Made by a program: the position numbers and the translations under genes. From assembly GCA_965225855.1 (NCBI GenBank), contig CBDDCK010000005.1:256001-320000 (forward strand): 64,000 nt of DNA, given 5' to 3'. The notes below the pieces were generated by a model. That model was not told where the DNA came from. It worked only from the letters and a program-made list of their open reading frames with translations, and did no database searches. The first letter of the stretch is position 1; every line of letters starts with the position of its first letter. This document shows, in pieces, positions 1-11,080 of the stretch. The stretch comes from Spirochaetia bacterium. Lineage in GTDB: Bacteria; Spirochaetota; Spirochaetia; SP-2023.

Positions 1-781
1 TCTTACCAGAACGGGGAGGGGATAAAATAATCCCGCGTTGGCCTTTTCCAATTGGGCAGAAAAGGTTTATCACACGACTAGAAATTTGATTTTCTGCTTC
101 GGTTTCTAAATCAATACGTTCATCGGGGTAAAGAGGAGTCAGATTTTCAAAAGGCACACGGGAGCGAATCTGGCTGGGTTCGCAGTGGTTGATGTGGATA
201 ATGCGCATCATGGCAAAAAAATTTTCGCCTTCTTTAGGTGGGCGAATTTGGCCATAAATATTGTCACCAGTACGCAAGTTAAAACTTCGTATCTGTTGTG
301 TAGGCAGGTAAATATCTTCATTTCCAGACAGGTAGGAATTTTCTGCTGAACGCAAAAAACCGTATCCGTCAGACATCAGTTCTAACGCACCTTCTGCGTG
401 TATCACGCCATTTTCTTTGACGTGTGCTTGTAGCAATGCGTAAATTAAATCCCTTTTATGCAAACTGCTAACTTCTTCTTCCGTTTGTTCATTTTTACTC
501 AATAACCTTTCGCGCAAAATTATAATGGAAGACATAGAGAGTTCGTTAATAGAAATAACGTGCTCGGGATTACCTTGCAGCTCTTCTTCTGAAAATTCTG
601 GTATACCAAATTTGCCAGGAAAATTGCCCGAATTATTTTTATTATTTCGTCTTTGAGTATTTGAAAAACGTTTATTTTTACGCTGAGCATAGCTATTATG
701 TGGCTTTTGATAATTTTTGCGGTGGGTCAATTTGATTTCTCCGTTCCGAGTGTTTTCCAGTTTTGTTGTAACATCGCTCAT
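1..781 (-). CDS. rho: Transcription termination factor Rho (5' part; runs off the window start)
   Basis: Not in the ORF track because it is truncated. Manual translation from ATG 781 (AGGAG SD upstream): MSDVTTKLEN...EGALELMSDGYGFLRSAENSYLSGNEDIY...FENLTPLYPDERIDLE...CPIGKGQRGIILSPPRSGK, i.e. the Rho RNA-binding domain and start of the P-loop. Confidence 0.97.
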   Translation of the reverse strand, partial: MSDVTTKLENTRNGEIKLTHRKNYQKPHNSYAQRKNKRFSNTQRRNNKNNSGNFPGKFGIPEFSEEELQGNPEHVISINELSMSSIIILRERLLSKNEQTEEEVSSLHKRDLIYALLQAHVKENGVIHAEGALELMSDGYGFLRSAENSYLSGNEDIYLPTQQIRSFNLRTGDNIYGQIRPPKEGENFFAMMRIIHINHCEPSQIRSRVPFENLTPLYPDERIDLETEAENQISSRVINLFCPIGKGQRGIILSPPRSGK

Positions 782-912
782 AGGAGCTCCTATAATAAAA
801 TGGAAATAAGGTTAATTGTTGTGATAAAATAGCAAGAAGTATGATTATCAATACTTGTAAGACTAAAAGATAAATAAAGCTGATAAAAAGGAGGGAGAAA
901 AATAAATATGCT

Positions 913-940
913 ATCATAACTCTATTTTTTTCATTGTCAA
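913..940 (-). promoter_or_regulatory. Putative sigma70 promoter for rho
   Basis: Minus strand TTGACA (940-935), 16-nt spacer, TATGAT (918-913), about 130 nt upstream of the rho ATG. Confidence 0.6.
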
Positions 941-992
941 TAAAATTTAGCAGACAGCTAGAAACTGTTGTATAAGATTGTTTATTATATTC

Positions 993-2777
993 TTATAGTA
1001 TATTAGGCAAATCTAATTCCTGTCTCAAGACACTTTGTTTATTTCCTTCGTTAAAACTGTTGCTATAGGTATAAGAAATATGGGCAATTACAAAATTTTC
1101 CTCACTATCTATCAGCCATTGAATAATTTTAAGATGATCGCCTTCACTAAAGCCCATGAAACTAGCTTGCGAATACGGCAAGATGTTGGTAACTGTATAA
1201 TAATTGCGCTTATCTACTTCTACTGTTAGCTGTGCTCCAAATAGGGCGTAAAAAAGCTGAGCAGTGCTTTCTTGTTCCAAATTTTTGTACATAGGTTTAT
1301 CGGGGCGTTTTTCCAGTTCAAGAAATATTTTTTGGGTTTTGTTACTGTTTGGGTCTTGCACCGTGAGCTGTACTATGGCACTGATAGGCCCGTTGGAAAT
1401 TTGGTGTTGCAGGGGTTTTATTTTTGTATAGCTGCTGTTGCGATATGATATGATGCGCATTCCTGGCTTTAGCGGAGATGAAGCTGCAGGACTATTGGGA
1501 AAGATATAACGTATTTCCAGATAATCTTTATTATTGCTGTATTCGTCAATCAATAAGCCCAGCCAACTATTTGAGACCTTTTCACCTTGATAGAGCCGCG
1601 GAATCACAGAACTTAGCGTTGAGCTGGGGATAGCAAACGCAATACCTTCAAAATCTCTTTTTCCAAAAATGATACCTTCTATAATTCCTTGGTTGTTGAG
1701 CAAAGGGCCACCGCTATTTCCTAAATTGACGGGCACATCAATTTGTAAAACTTCGGTTAAAGGTAGCAATTCTCGCCCTCTGGCTGAAACTCTACCGCTG
1801 GTCAATGTATTTTCTAACCCCCCAGTGAAACCTCCAGGAGTTCCTATAGCATATAATTCATTGCCAATGAACAGAGTGGGACTGATATTTTGTCCATCGC
1901 TAACTTGCTGAATCAAATTAAATTTGCTGTTTATAGGCAGTAAATACGGTGTGGTTCTTGAAATACGCAACAGGGCTAAGTCGCGATTAGGATCCCAGCC
2001 TACCAATCGTGCGGGGATTAGCTCATCGCGGGCGGATAATTTTACAAAAATACTACCAGATTTGTGATTATCTGTCTGACTGCTGATCACATGGTGGTTG
2101 GTTATAATACTACCGTTGTTGTCGATAAAAAAACCACTACCGGTTGCAATGGAAGGCAGGTATAGTGGCGTATTGGGAATGCGTTCACTGCCAAGCTTAA
2201 CGATTACGGTAACAGTGCCTTTAACCCTTTGTTCCCAAAAATCTAGTTTAGTTTGGGGATTGTTTTCAAACTGTTTTTGGATAAGTTTTTGAAATTTTTT
2301 TCTTACATTATTTTCAAGTTGAATACCACTTTGCAAACTAGTTTGGGCAAAATCTAAAGCTGCGCCAAAATATTCTTTTCTAAGGTAATAATGGAAAAGT
2401 TTTTCGGCAAACTCACTTTTAGAAATATAATTATCCGCAACACTCAAACTTTGCAGACTATAGTAATAGGGAAGTGCAGCGAATATATTTTCGTTATTTA
2501 TTGTTTCTAAGAAAAAATCGCCAAATCCTTCTTTGATAATGGTCATGTATTTTTGCTTTGTTGTTTGCTCTAAATTCTTTAATTGGGTCAAAGTACTTGC
2601 AGCTTTGGCAAAGTCTTTATTGCTAATGGCATAATCTACGTCTTTAAGGCTTAAATTTTGTCTAAATTGGTGGTTAGGTTTACTACCAACATTAAAGGGT
2701 ATGAATACAGCTTGTTCTTTACCTATAACGACACAAGAATTTAAAATAAGAATAATGGCGATAAAACGATAGATCAT
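993..2777 (-). CDS. S1C/HtrA-like trypsin serine protease with PDZ domain(s) and N-terminal extension
   Basis: GSGFFID, ITNHHVI (His), DLALL (Asp), GNSGGPL (Ser); PDZ-like WLGL...NSPAASSPLKPGMRI; signal-like N-terminus. Confidence 0.9.
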   Translation of the reverse strand: MIYRFIAIILILNSCVVIGKEQAVFIPFNVGSKPNHQFRQNLSLKDVDYAISNKDFAKAASTLTQLKNLEQTTKQKYMTIIKEGFGDFFLETINNENIFAALPYYYSLQSLSVADNYISKSEFAEKLFHYYLRKEYFGAALDFAQTSLQSGIQLENNVRKKFQKLIQKQFENNPQTKLDFWEQRVKGTVTVIVKLGSERIPNTPLYLPSIATGSGFFIDNNGSIITNHHVISSQTDNHKSGSIFVKLSARDELIPARLVGWDPNRDLALLRISRTTPYLLPINSKFNLIQQVSDGQNISPTLFIGNELYAIGTPGGFTGGLENTLTSGRVSARGRELLPLTEVLQIDVPVNLGNSGGPLLNNQGIIEGIIFGKRDFEGIAFAIPSSTLSSVIPRLYQGEKVSNSWLGLLIDEYSNNKDYLEIRYIFPNSPAASSPLKPGMRIISYRNSSYTKIKPLQHQISNGPISAIVQLTVQDPNSNKTQKIFLELEKRPDKPMYKNLEQESTAQLFYALFGAQLTVEVDKRNYYTVTNILPYSQASFMGFSEGDHLKIIQWLIDSEENFVIAHISYTYSNSFNEGNKQSVLRQELDLPNIL

Positions 2778-2794
2778 TTGGCTGGAATTTACCG

Positions 2795-4672
2795 TTATTT
2801 TCCCAAGTATTCTGGGGTAAATATACTTAGACTTTCATTACTCCATTTGAAGTAATAAGAATAAATATAGTCGATTTTATTGGTCTCATACTTATAGGAG
2901 CTATGGGGTAGTTCTACACCGCCTAAAGTATGCCAAATTTTATTGGATACATCACCTAATATTTCACTAAAATCTGGGTGTCCATCATTATCAATGTCTA
3001 CTTGATATTTTTGCGGTATTCCATTTTGGTAACTGATGACCAGCTCAAAGTTTCCATCTTGATTTTCATCGCGAATTGTTCTATTTCGTTGGTTGTTTTC
3101 AAAGTGGCTAATCTCATCAAAGGTTCCGTCCAAGTCGCGATCAATTTGAATTTGTTTTAATTCACCTAAGTGATTGATATCGTATTGAGCGCGGAGAGTC
3201 CAATCACTTTGGCGGTATTGCGTTTCATACAGTCTGGTATTTCGGCTATTTCGCATTATATTACTTTCTGAAAGATTAGCAGTTTGCAAGGGGCTAATGG
3301 CCCAGTCAAAGGTATTTAGCGGTACTTTGTTACTAATTGAGTAAGATAGCTGACCAGGCGAAAAATTATACACCCGGCGACTATCATAATCTGTAATCGT
3401 AATAGCATGGATAAATGGATAGCGGCTGTAGATCAGCTCAATGGTACGGCTGTTTCCATTGTGATTATAAAAACTATGGTAACTAGCTGGTTCGCCGTGG
3501 ATATTCCAGCGGACTGTAATGTCATTTTCGTTTGGCTTACTGGGGAATAAATGGCGTTCTGTTAAATCACCGTTAATAAAGGTGAGCTCTTCTTCTGGAA
3601 TACCATCATAGTTTTTATCCATTATATATACGCCATTTAGCTCGCGCAGGGAGTCTTCAATTGAACGGACTCCAGAAACATTGTGGATAACTTGACTTAA
3701 TATTAAAAAATCAGATGTGGGATAGTTGTTAAAAAATATATCACTTCTGGAAATAAGATTATCTTGCCGCAATAAAATATGTTGGGCTGTAGTAAAGTAA
3801 TCATCTCCAAATAAACCGGTATATACTGATAGTAAATCTTCTGTGTAAGCACTATCCGTACTTTGGCTGATCAAATAACGCAGCAAGTCTGGGGATTTAG
3901 GCGGATAGCTCTCAAGATAAAAATGGAAATTGACCCACATTTCTTTGCTGATGTTCGGAGTATCCAGCAGAATACGAAAATATCTCTCTTCATAATTATA
4001 TTTTTCTAAATTACTCAGAGCTAACTCTATAGCCTGCTTTTTATTTCCAGAATTATTGTAAGCTAGAGCTAAATAAAACTGAATATCTTTATCTTGAGTA
4101 ATTTCAAGTTGCCATTTTCGTGTCAAAGCAATAATTTCGTCATACATATCCCATTTGTAAAGAATGCGAACTAATTCTTTGGCAGCTTTTACAGGTGGAG
4201 TTTCAAACCACTGGTCAATGGCAAAGGCTTTGTTTAGCCAATCAAAGCGACTTTTTTGCCATCTTTCTTCGTGTGCTATGGACAGAAGATACCAATAGTC
4301 AGAAAGTTCTTTTCCACGATATTCAGTTGAAAGCTTTAGCAATTTTTGCATTTCGATAGTTCTATTCTCAAGCGATAGTAGATAGGCTTCTTTTAGATAA
4401 TTGCGGGCAAATTCATAGTCGATATACTGCAATCTTTTTGCTTTACTCTGGAAGTAATCAACTCTCTTTTTTACAGGATTATTATTTATGTCGATAGAAG
4501 CAGAACGGGCCCCTACTATTTCTTGACTGTAAATAAAAATATTGTTTACGAAAAAAAAGAGCAGGCAAAATATCCAATGCCAAAATAAGTTATACCTAAA
4601 ACCAAACCTATAATATCCATAAGACTGGATTTGCTTTTTTACTAAATTCGTTAAGCTGGTTGACAAATACAT
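2795..4672 (-). CDS. Exported hypothetical protein with TPR-like helices and Dx[DN]xDG Ca-binding-like loops
   Basis: 625-aa ORF; hydrophobic N-terminus; DKNYDGIPE, DRDLDGTFDE, DENQDGNFE and DIDNDGHPD motifs. Confidence 0.6.
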   Translation of the reverse strand: MYLSTSLTNLVKKQIQSYGYYRFGFRYNLFWHWIFCLLFFFVNNIFIYSQEIVGARSASIDINNNPVKKRVDYFQSKAKRLQYIDYEFARNYLKEAYLLSLENRTIEMQKLLKLSTEYRGKELSDYWYLLSIAHEERWQKSRFDWLNKAFAIDQWFETPPVKAAKELVRILYKWDMYDEIIALTRKWQLEITQDKDIQFYLALAYNNSGNKKQAIELALSNLEKYNYEERYFRILLDTPNISKEMWVNFHFYLESYPPKSPDLLRYLISQSTDSAYTEDLLSVYTGLFGDDYFTTAQHILLRQDNLISRSDIFFNNYPTSDFLILSQVIHNVSGVRSIEDSLRELNGVYIMDKNYDGIPEEELTFINGDLTERHLFPSKPNENDITVRWNIHGEPASYHSFYNHNGNSRTIELIYSRYPFIHAITITDYDSRRVYNFSPGQLSYSISNKVPLNTFDWAISPLQTANLSESNIMRNSRNTRLYETQYRQSDWTLRAQYDINHLGELKQIQIDRDLDGTFDEISHFENNQRNRTIRDENQDGNFELVISYQNGIPQKYQVDIDNDGHPDFSEILGDVSNKIWHTLGGVELPHSSYKYETNKIDYIYSYYFKWSNESLSIFTPEYLGK

Positions 4673-4695
4673 AATAAAGATATATAGAGAAAAGA

Positions 4696-6663
4696 TTAAT
4701 CTTCACTGCGAATTTCTGCAGTAGCCACTTGGAAACTTGGAGCAGAATTTGGAATATCCTGAAGTTGTCCTTTTTTAGGAATCTCGTCCCCCTGTAAATC
4801 TTGATTTTTGGGCTGCATATTCAAAAGAGTTTCAATCTCTTCTTTGTACATAGTTTCTTTTTCTAATAAACTTTCTGAAAGTAAAACTAAATCTTCTTTT
4901 TTATCTTGGAGTAATTGTCTTGCACCTCCTAAACAATCATCAAGAATTTCTCGCACGGCACGATCAATACAAGTTGAGGTCGTTTCCGAAAATTCTTTTG
5001 CTCGAGACATTTCTCTTCCAATGAAAATTGGTTGTTCATCGGCATAAGAAACGGCACCAAGGCTGCTCATCCCCCATTCAGTTACCATTCTGTGTGCTAA
5101 GTCTGTGGCTTGTTTTAAATCATTGGAAGTACCGATCGTTGTCTCACCAAATATTAATTCTTCAGCTGCATAACCACCAAAAGCTACCCGAATGCGAGCT
5201 TTAAGTGTGGAAAAAGTTGGCGCATAAGACTCTTCACTTTGGGTAAACATTGTTACACCAAGAGCCTGCCCGCGTGGAATAATCGTTACTTTTTCAAAAT
5301 TATGGCCTTGACTAAACAGGCTCACCAAAGTGTGACCAGCTTCATGGTAAGCTGTCAATTTTTTTTCTTTTTCTGTCATAAACATTGTATGGCGGGCTAA
5401 GCCCATTAAAACTTTATCACGGGCTTCTTCAAAGTCTACTAGGCGTACTAATTTTTTGCCATTTCGAGCTGCGAATAAAGCTGCTTCGTTGACGATATTA
5501 GCTAAGTCTGCACCAGAACAACCCGGAGTGCGCCGAGCTAGTGCTGGAAAATCAATGTCATTTTCCATTTTGATTTTGGCACTGTGGATTTGTAGAATTT
5601 TTTCTCGTTCTTTTAAATCGGGCAAAGCTACGTTGATTTGACGGTCAAACCTACCTGGACGCAGCAAAGCAGGATCCAAAACATCAACTCGGTTGGTAGC
5701 AGCCATAACTATCACCCCTTGTTCTGTTCCAAAGCCGTCCATTTCGACCAACATTTGATTGAGAGTTTGTTCTCGTTCATCGTGGCCACCGCCCATGCCT
5801 GAACCACGAGTGCGCCCCACAGCATCTATCTCGTCTATAAAAATAATACAAGGAGCGTTTTTGCGGCCTTGTTCGAATAAATCACGGACACGGCTAGCTC
5901 CGACACCGACAAACATTTCTACAAAGTCTGAGCCAGACATATGAAAAAATGAAACCCCAGCTTCACCGGCAACAGCTCTGGCTAATAAAGTTTTTCCAGT
6001 TCCGGGATTACCTACAAGCAATACCCCTCTAGGAATACGTGCACCGATTTCTTGAAAACGTCCTGGATCTTTTAAAAATGATACCACTTCTTGTAATTCG
6101 TATTTCGCTTCTTCTTGGCCTGCAACATCTTTAAAAGTTATGCTTTTGTCTGCATCGTGTTCGTATTTGCGAGCGCGGTTTTTTCCAAAGCTAAAAGCTT
6201 TGTTACTGCCGTTCATCGTGCGAAACATCGAAAACATAAGCAGGATTAAAATAATCCAGGGAATGGACTGGAAAATCATTTGACCAAAACGCAATTTACT
6301 TTCTACACCGGTAAATCTAATTCCAGCTTTTAATAGACGGTCAATAAGGTTGAGGTCTGTATAGGGAATTTTTGTAATTACAGTTTGTCGCAGGCCATTT
6401 ATGATACCGACACCACGAAGGCTAGTTCCATCAATAATTTCAATATCGCTAATAGAGCCAGACTCTACTTGACGCATAAAATCACTATAGTCTAGCTTTT
6501 CGAGAAATGAGTTATTATTTATCAATGAAAATAATAACAATACCAGTAAGATGATTCCCACCAAGATAAAAATGCCAAAGCGATTTTCATTAAATGGATT
6601 CTTTTTATTATTGGGTGAGGGGGTTTCTGACATAGACATACCTAATAAAGAAAATTTCTGCAA
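4696..6663 (-). CDS. ftsH: ATP-dependent zinc metalloprotease FtsH (true start likely ATG 6639 or 6633)
   Basis: Two TM segments, Walker [35 protein letters not shown], Zn motif HEAGH. Confidence 0.98.
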   Translation of the reverse strand: MQKFSLLGMSMSETPSPNNKKNPFNENRFGIFILVGIILLVLLLFSLINNNSFLEKLDYSDFMRQVESGSISDIEIIDGTSLRGVGIINGLRQTVITKIPYTDLNLIDRLLKAGIRFTGVESKLRFGQMIFQSIPWIILILLMFSMFRTMNGSNKAFSFGKNRARKYEHDADKSITFKDVAGQEEAKYELQEVVSFLKDPGRFQEIGARIPRGVLLVGNPGTGKTLLARAVAGEAGVSFFHMSGSDFVEMFVGVGASRVRDLFEQGRKNAPCIIFIDEIDAVGRTRGSGMGGGHDEREQTLNQMLVEMDGFGTEQGVIVMAATNRVDVLDPALLRPGRFDRQINVALPDLKEREKILQIHSAKIKMENDIDFPALARRTPGCSGADLANIVNEAALFAARNGKKLVRLVDFEEARDKVLMGLARHTMFMTEKEKKLTAYHEAGHTLVSLFSQGHNFEKVTIIPRGQALGVTMFTQSEESYAPTFSTLKARIRVAFGGYAAEELIFGETTIGTSNDLKQATDLAHRMVTEWGMSSLGAVSYADEQPIFIGREMSRAKEFSETTSTCIDRAVREILDDCLGGARQLLQDKKEDLVLLSESLLEKETMYKEEIETLLNMQPKNQDLQGDEIPKKGQLQDIPNSAPSFQVATAEIRSED

Positions 6664-7010
6664 GAATAATTAAAATGCGGTAAAAAGACAAGGTCTTTCT
6701 CTTATAGTCTTAGACTTTTTAAGCACTTTACAACTAATACGATTCTTTACATCATAAATCGTCATATCTAAAAATTGGAAGTAAAATTTTGGCAAACTCT
6801 CTATTATTTGTTTAGGACGAAAGTGGCTTGTAAAAACAGCTATCTATAACATACTATAATATAAATTTTATCTTTTTAAAAGAATATATCGAATCACATA
6901 AGAATTAAAATATTTACTAAATAGAGCTTATTTTTACGGTTGTTCTGTTATAGCCAAAATTTTGCATTGTCCTATACTCACTTTTAAACCCTTGGCAGGG
7001 TGATTGAATT

Positions 7011-8015
7011 ATGGAAAAAGAAAATAAAAGTAAAGCTAAAAGTAATAATTTTGTTGTCAGTCTAAGTTGGATTTTTTGGTTAGGGATTATAAGCTTTATC
7101 GCTTATCGCAGTTTTTTACCGTTGCCATCTGATCGGAGTAAATTATATTTAGTCCATACAAAATGGAGTGGTTATCAAAACCAAATTTTGCAGCCTGGGC
7201 GCTATTATATTAGTTGGCAAAACCTTTTACCTGGCAATGTTGAATTGCTGGTAATTCCTCATGATATTAAAGAACTGTACTTGCGTAAAGATTTCCGTTT
7301 GCCTTCGGCGCAAAATTACCAAGTTTTATTATCTGATTTGTCTGCTTATTCTGGAGTGGAATCTTTGCAAAATCCGTTTGAATATCGTATTAGTGTACAA
7401 ATTCGCTACCGCTATCGTGCTGAAGAATTATTGGCATTTGTGCAAAATCCGGCTAATGCGTTAGTAACTACTGGTGCGGCGAATACGACAAAAGATGACC
7501 ACAAATCTCAAGCAAGCAAAGATATATTAGCGCTAGAACAACAAACCAAAAACATTATAACAGCCATAACTGTGCGCTTAGGAAACAAACTGCGCCAGCG
7601 TTTAAGCCAAGAATTTCAAGGTATATTTGCCAAGGGATACAGCAAAAATACAGAGAATCCAATAGCTATCGAAACATACTTAAAGAGTATTTTGAAAGGC
7701 GCGTTCCCAGAATTGGAGCTATTGACTATAGATGTGCAAGAATATCATCAGCCCGACCTTGAATTATATGTAACGGTGAAAGGTGCTTATAAAGAATTAC
7801 TTCAGCAGCTTTCCAGCCAATCCCTTGAGCGTTTATTGGAGCAGCAAAATAAGCGGATTGATCAAGAATTGTACTTACAAAATATTGAACGCTTGGGCAA
7901 AATCCTAAGTGAATACCCTTTGTTGATACAGTATTTTGCGATAACATCGAGCGATTCAGTGCTAAAAAGCGATATAATACAACAAGCTATAGCCCCAATT
8001 GGGCAACTAAAGTAG
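7011..8015 (+). CDS. Membrane-anchored hypothetical protein (possibly SPFH-like)
   Basis: 334-aa ORF; single N-terminal TM followed by LQPGRYYISW and a helical C-terminus. The family call is tentative. Confidence 0.5.
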   Translation: MEKENKSKAKSNNFVVSLSWIFWLGIISFIAYRSFLPLPSDRSKLYLVHTKWSGYQNQILQPGRYYISWQNLLPGNVELLVIPHDIKELYLRKDFRLPSAQNYQVLLSDLSAYSGVESLQNPFEYRISVQIRYRYRAEELLAFVQNPANALVTTGAANTTKDDHKSQASKDILALEQQTKNIITAITVRLGNKLRQRLSQEFQGIFAKGYSKNTENPIAIETYLKSILKGAFPELELLTIDVQEYHQPDLELYVTVKGAYKELLQQLSSQSLERLLEQQNKRIDQELYLQNIERLGKILSEYPLLIQYFAITSSDSVLKSDIIQQAIAPIGQLK

Positions 8016-8055
8016 CAGTCTTTCGAATGATAGAGCCACAACATAAGAATATTGA

Positions 8056-9588
8056 ATGCAGCAAAAAGACTTTCGCTTCCCCATACCCAAAAACCTATTT
8101 CGCATAATTCAGCGTTTGCAAAAAAGCAATTATCGGGTTGTGATTGTGGGTGGTGCCCTGCGAGACTTTCGGCTTGGCAACAAGGTAAGCGAGTACGATC
8201 TAGCCAGCAATGCACGACCCGAAGATATACAAAAACTGTTTCGCCGCTCTTTACCCACGGGTTTACAGCACGGCACTGTAACGGTTATGCAGGGAAACTC
8301 GTCTTATGAAATTACCACATTCCGCCACGATGGCATCTATAAAAATGGACGATGCCCCGAAAATGTTACTTTTACTGGTGACTTACTCGGCGATTTAGCT
8401 CGGCGGGACTTTAGCATCAATGCCCTGGCCTTTGAGCCTAATGACCTTTGTTCCCTGCAATGTGAAGGTGCAAACCGTGCTGTGTCTGGCATTTTGTTTG
8501 ACCTTCACAATGGCCTACACGACTTAAAGCAAGGTCAAATTCGTGCAATCGGGATGGCTACCACACGCTTTAAGGAGGATGCTTTGCGTATGTTGCGGGC
8601 TTGTCGTTTCAGTGCTAAGCTAGGTTTTCAAATTGAACCAAAGACGCTAGACGCAATTCAAAGGTTAGCCTCTAACTTACAACAAGTTTCTCAACCACGG
8701 ATAGAAGATGAGCTTCGCCAGCTTTTATGTGCCCCGTTTGCACCACAAGGGCTGGCATATTTGCTGGAATTGGGCCTATCTCCCCAGTTAGTACCGCAGC
8801 TTTCTGCACATAGTTTGGCTTTATTCTCTACGGTTTGGCAGGTCTGGGTCGATGATTACCACACCGCAGAAAGCTGGCCTAGCCAGTTAAACCAAATGGC
8901 CGCAAAATTGGGTATCAGCGACAATCCCCTGCTTTGTTGGCACAGAGAAAAATTCCCCTTGTTTAGTTTCGTCTGGGCTTTCTTGTGCCTTGCCAACCAT
9001 ACAAAGCACGATAATTCCTCTTTATCGCCGAATCCTACCTTATTAATACAGGACATAGAAAGACTATTCCAAGGACAGCGTCCCCAATTGTCTACTACTA
9101 AGCATGCAACTCTCGTTGACAATGGCGGGCTAGAGCGCATGCTTTACTCCAATAAAGAGAAGAAAGCAATCATGCGATTCTTGCAGTTTGGGCCCGTATT
9201 GTGGGGGCCTTCGTTCCTAAACATGCTGTATTCCCAAGCCCATACCTACCCTATCCAAGCCTACATTCGGGGGTTGTTACACTTACTCTCTAGGGATTTT
9301 GTCGCGCCTGCTTTGCGCCTTTTGGGCTTTAGTTGCCAAGTTAGCCAAGCACCTCCGCAACTGTGGCAGCGTTTTTGTAGCGACATTCTCCATGTGATTC
9401 AGCAAGAACCAGCCCTTAGCATTCGGGAATTGGCGATTGATGGCAGGGCTTTAATGGCCGATTGTCGTATACAACCCGACAAAAACATGGGCAGACTGCT
9501 ACAAAAACTCCTTGGCCATGTGTTGCTATACCCCCAAGACAACCAAACCCAAGCGCTGAAACAGCTTGCCCAAACCATAGACAAATAA
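8056..9588 (+). CDS. CCA tRNA nucleotidyltransferase / poly(A) polymerase family
   Basis: VGGALRD...YDLA, EITTFRHDG, DLARRDFSINAL, FKEDALRMLRACRFSAKLGF; C-terminal LAIDGRAL. Confidence 0.92.
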   Translation: MQQKDFRFPIPKNLFRIIQRLQKSNYRVVIVGGALRDFRLGNKVSEYDLASNARPEDIQKLFRRSLPTGLQHGTVTVMQGNSSYEITTFRHDGIYKNGRCPENVTFTGDLLGDLARRDFSINALAFEPNDLCSLQCEGANRAVSGILFDLHNGLHDLKQGQIRAIGMATTRFKEDALRMLRACRFSAKLGFQIEPKTLDAIQRLASNLQQVSQPRIEDELRQLLCAPFAPQGLAYLLELGLSPQLVPQLSAHSLALFSTVWQVWVDDYHTAESWPSQLNQMAAKLGISDNPLLCWHREKFPLFSFVWAFLCLANHTKHDNSSLSPNPTLLIQDIERLFQGQRPQLSTTKHATLVDNGGLERMLYSNKEKKAIMRFLQFGPVLWGPSFLNMLYSQAHTYPIQAYIRGLLHLLSRDFVAPALRLLGFSCQVSQAPPQLWQRFCSDILHVIQQEPALSIRELAIDGRALMADCRIQPDKNMGRLLQKLLGHVLLYPQDNQTQALKQLAQTIDK

Positions 9589-9598
9589 GAGGAATATC

Positions 9599-10840
9599 TT
9601 GGATAATCATACACAGTCTAACAAAGGTTTGGATACAATATCACTTGGATTGGATAGTAAACCCCATTATAGGGAATTGAGTTTGCACTGCCTTTATTCT
9701 TTTTTCTTTTTTTCCAGTGTTTCATTTATCATGATTTATTTGCCGTTGGTCTTGCGACAAGTGGGCTATCAACCCAAGGAAATTGGCTTGCTACTCTCCA
9801 GCTACAACTTTATCGGTCTGGTTTGCATATTGCTATTTGGCCGATTACTCGATGCTTTTCGTTGCTACCGTCTACTGATTATTGGTGGCTTATTGCTAGC
9901 TGCCATTGCCTTTTCACGCCTGTTTTTCGTGGAAACATTCCGTTGGAGTTTGTTGTTTATCTTGTTATTGGCAGTGGGGTTTCTGCCGCAAGTCAGTTTG
10001 ATTGACAGCTATATCTCCAATCGTTACCAATATCTACCACAATACTATGGGCGCATTCGCAGTTTGGGCAGCATCGGTTATATATTCTTTTTGGGTCTCA
10101 GTGCTGTGCTTCAGCTTTTTAATCCCTACGACCCTTGGCGTTTGCAAAAATGGGTTTTGGGCTTGTTTGCACTGATAGTTATCCTATTTGTTTGTTCTTC
10201 CATAGACAGCCTTCAGCATATCCGCCACAGTAGGCCTGTTACTCCAGCGCCAGCTACCGTAAACAATAAACCCACAGGCATACAGCAATTGGGTTGGCCA
10301 TTGATTATTGTGTTGTTGTTATTAGTAATTTGTTGGGCTCTGATTATGGGTACCCATAGTAACTTCTTAGCACTGTTCTTGCAGGAAGAGCTCGAAGTAA
10401 AAAACGTCAGTCTATTTTTTATTATGGCAACCTGTTCGGAAATCCCAGTCATTTTCCATGGTGGACGAATCTTATATCGCAAGCCTTTGGGTTGGATGTT
10501 GCTGATAGCCTTTAGCGCAGCCTTGTTGCGGCTGTTGTTTTATATACTACTTCCGTATGGTGTCCTAGTGTTTTTTGCCCAATTATTGCACAGCATGGCC
10601 TACGGTTTGTTCCATATTTCAGTCATTGCCCTTATCAATAACTACTTCATAAAGTATCGCAATACGGCTATCGCTATCTATGCTTCGATTCCAATGTTGA
10701 GCAATAGCTTGGGTGCTGTCGTAAGTGGTGCACTCATACAAGCCTATGGTTTTCAGATCTTTTTTACGGTTTTCTTGTTGTTTGTCCTGCCTATCTTTAT
10801 TCCTATTTACTTACTGCGCCACCGATTCCTTTATTTATAA
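9599..10840 (+). CDS. MFS transporter (MFS_1-like, HcaT/nucleoside:H+ type)
   Basis: About 12 hydrophobic segments; YGRIRSLGSIGY, SEIPV and QLLHSMAYGLFH motifs. Confidence 0.85.
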   Translation: MDNHTQSNKGLDTISLGLDSKPHYRELSLHCLYSFFFFSSVSFIMIYLPLVLRQVGYQPKEIGLLLSSYNFIGLVCILLFGRLLDAFRCYRLLIIGGLLLAAIAFSRLFFVETFRWSLLFILLLAVGFLPQVSLIDSYISNRYQYLPQYYGRIRSLGSIGYIFFLGLSAVLQLFNPYDPWRLQKWVLGLFALIVILFVCSSIDSLQHIRHSRPVTPAPATVNNKPTGIQQLGWPLIIVLLLLVICWALIMGTHSNFLALFLQEELEVKNVSLFFIMATCSEIPVIFHGGRILYRKPLGWMLLIAFSAALLRLLFYILLPYGVLVFFAQLLHSMAYGLFHISVIALINNYFIKYRNTAIAIYASIPMLSNSLGAVVSGALIQAYGFQIFFTVFLLFVLPIFIPIYLLRHRFLYL

Positions 10841-11080
10841 CAATCGTATATTTATGGATTTTTAATCTACTATCACCGACTTATATACAATGAAACCGCA
10901 TAAAATCGGGTTATTTTTCGTAAAAATGTTTATCAATAATCATCTAGCTCAATAGATAAAGTAGTCGATTGGGGATTTTATTATCTATGATAGTTATCTA
11001 TAAAAAGTCAAACAAACAACCCTTGACAATATGGTTATGATAAAAGAAAATACAGGAAAAATAAATAACGATCATAAACA

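Noticed and set aside
696..917. 73-aa hydrophobic ORF
   Set aside because: It overlaps the rho start, leader and promoter in another frame; its hydrophobicity reflects the T-rich leader.
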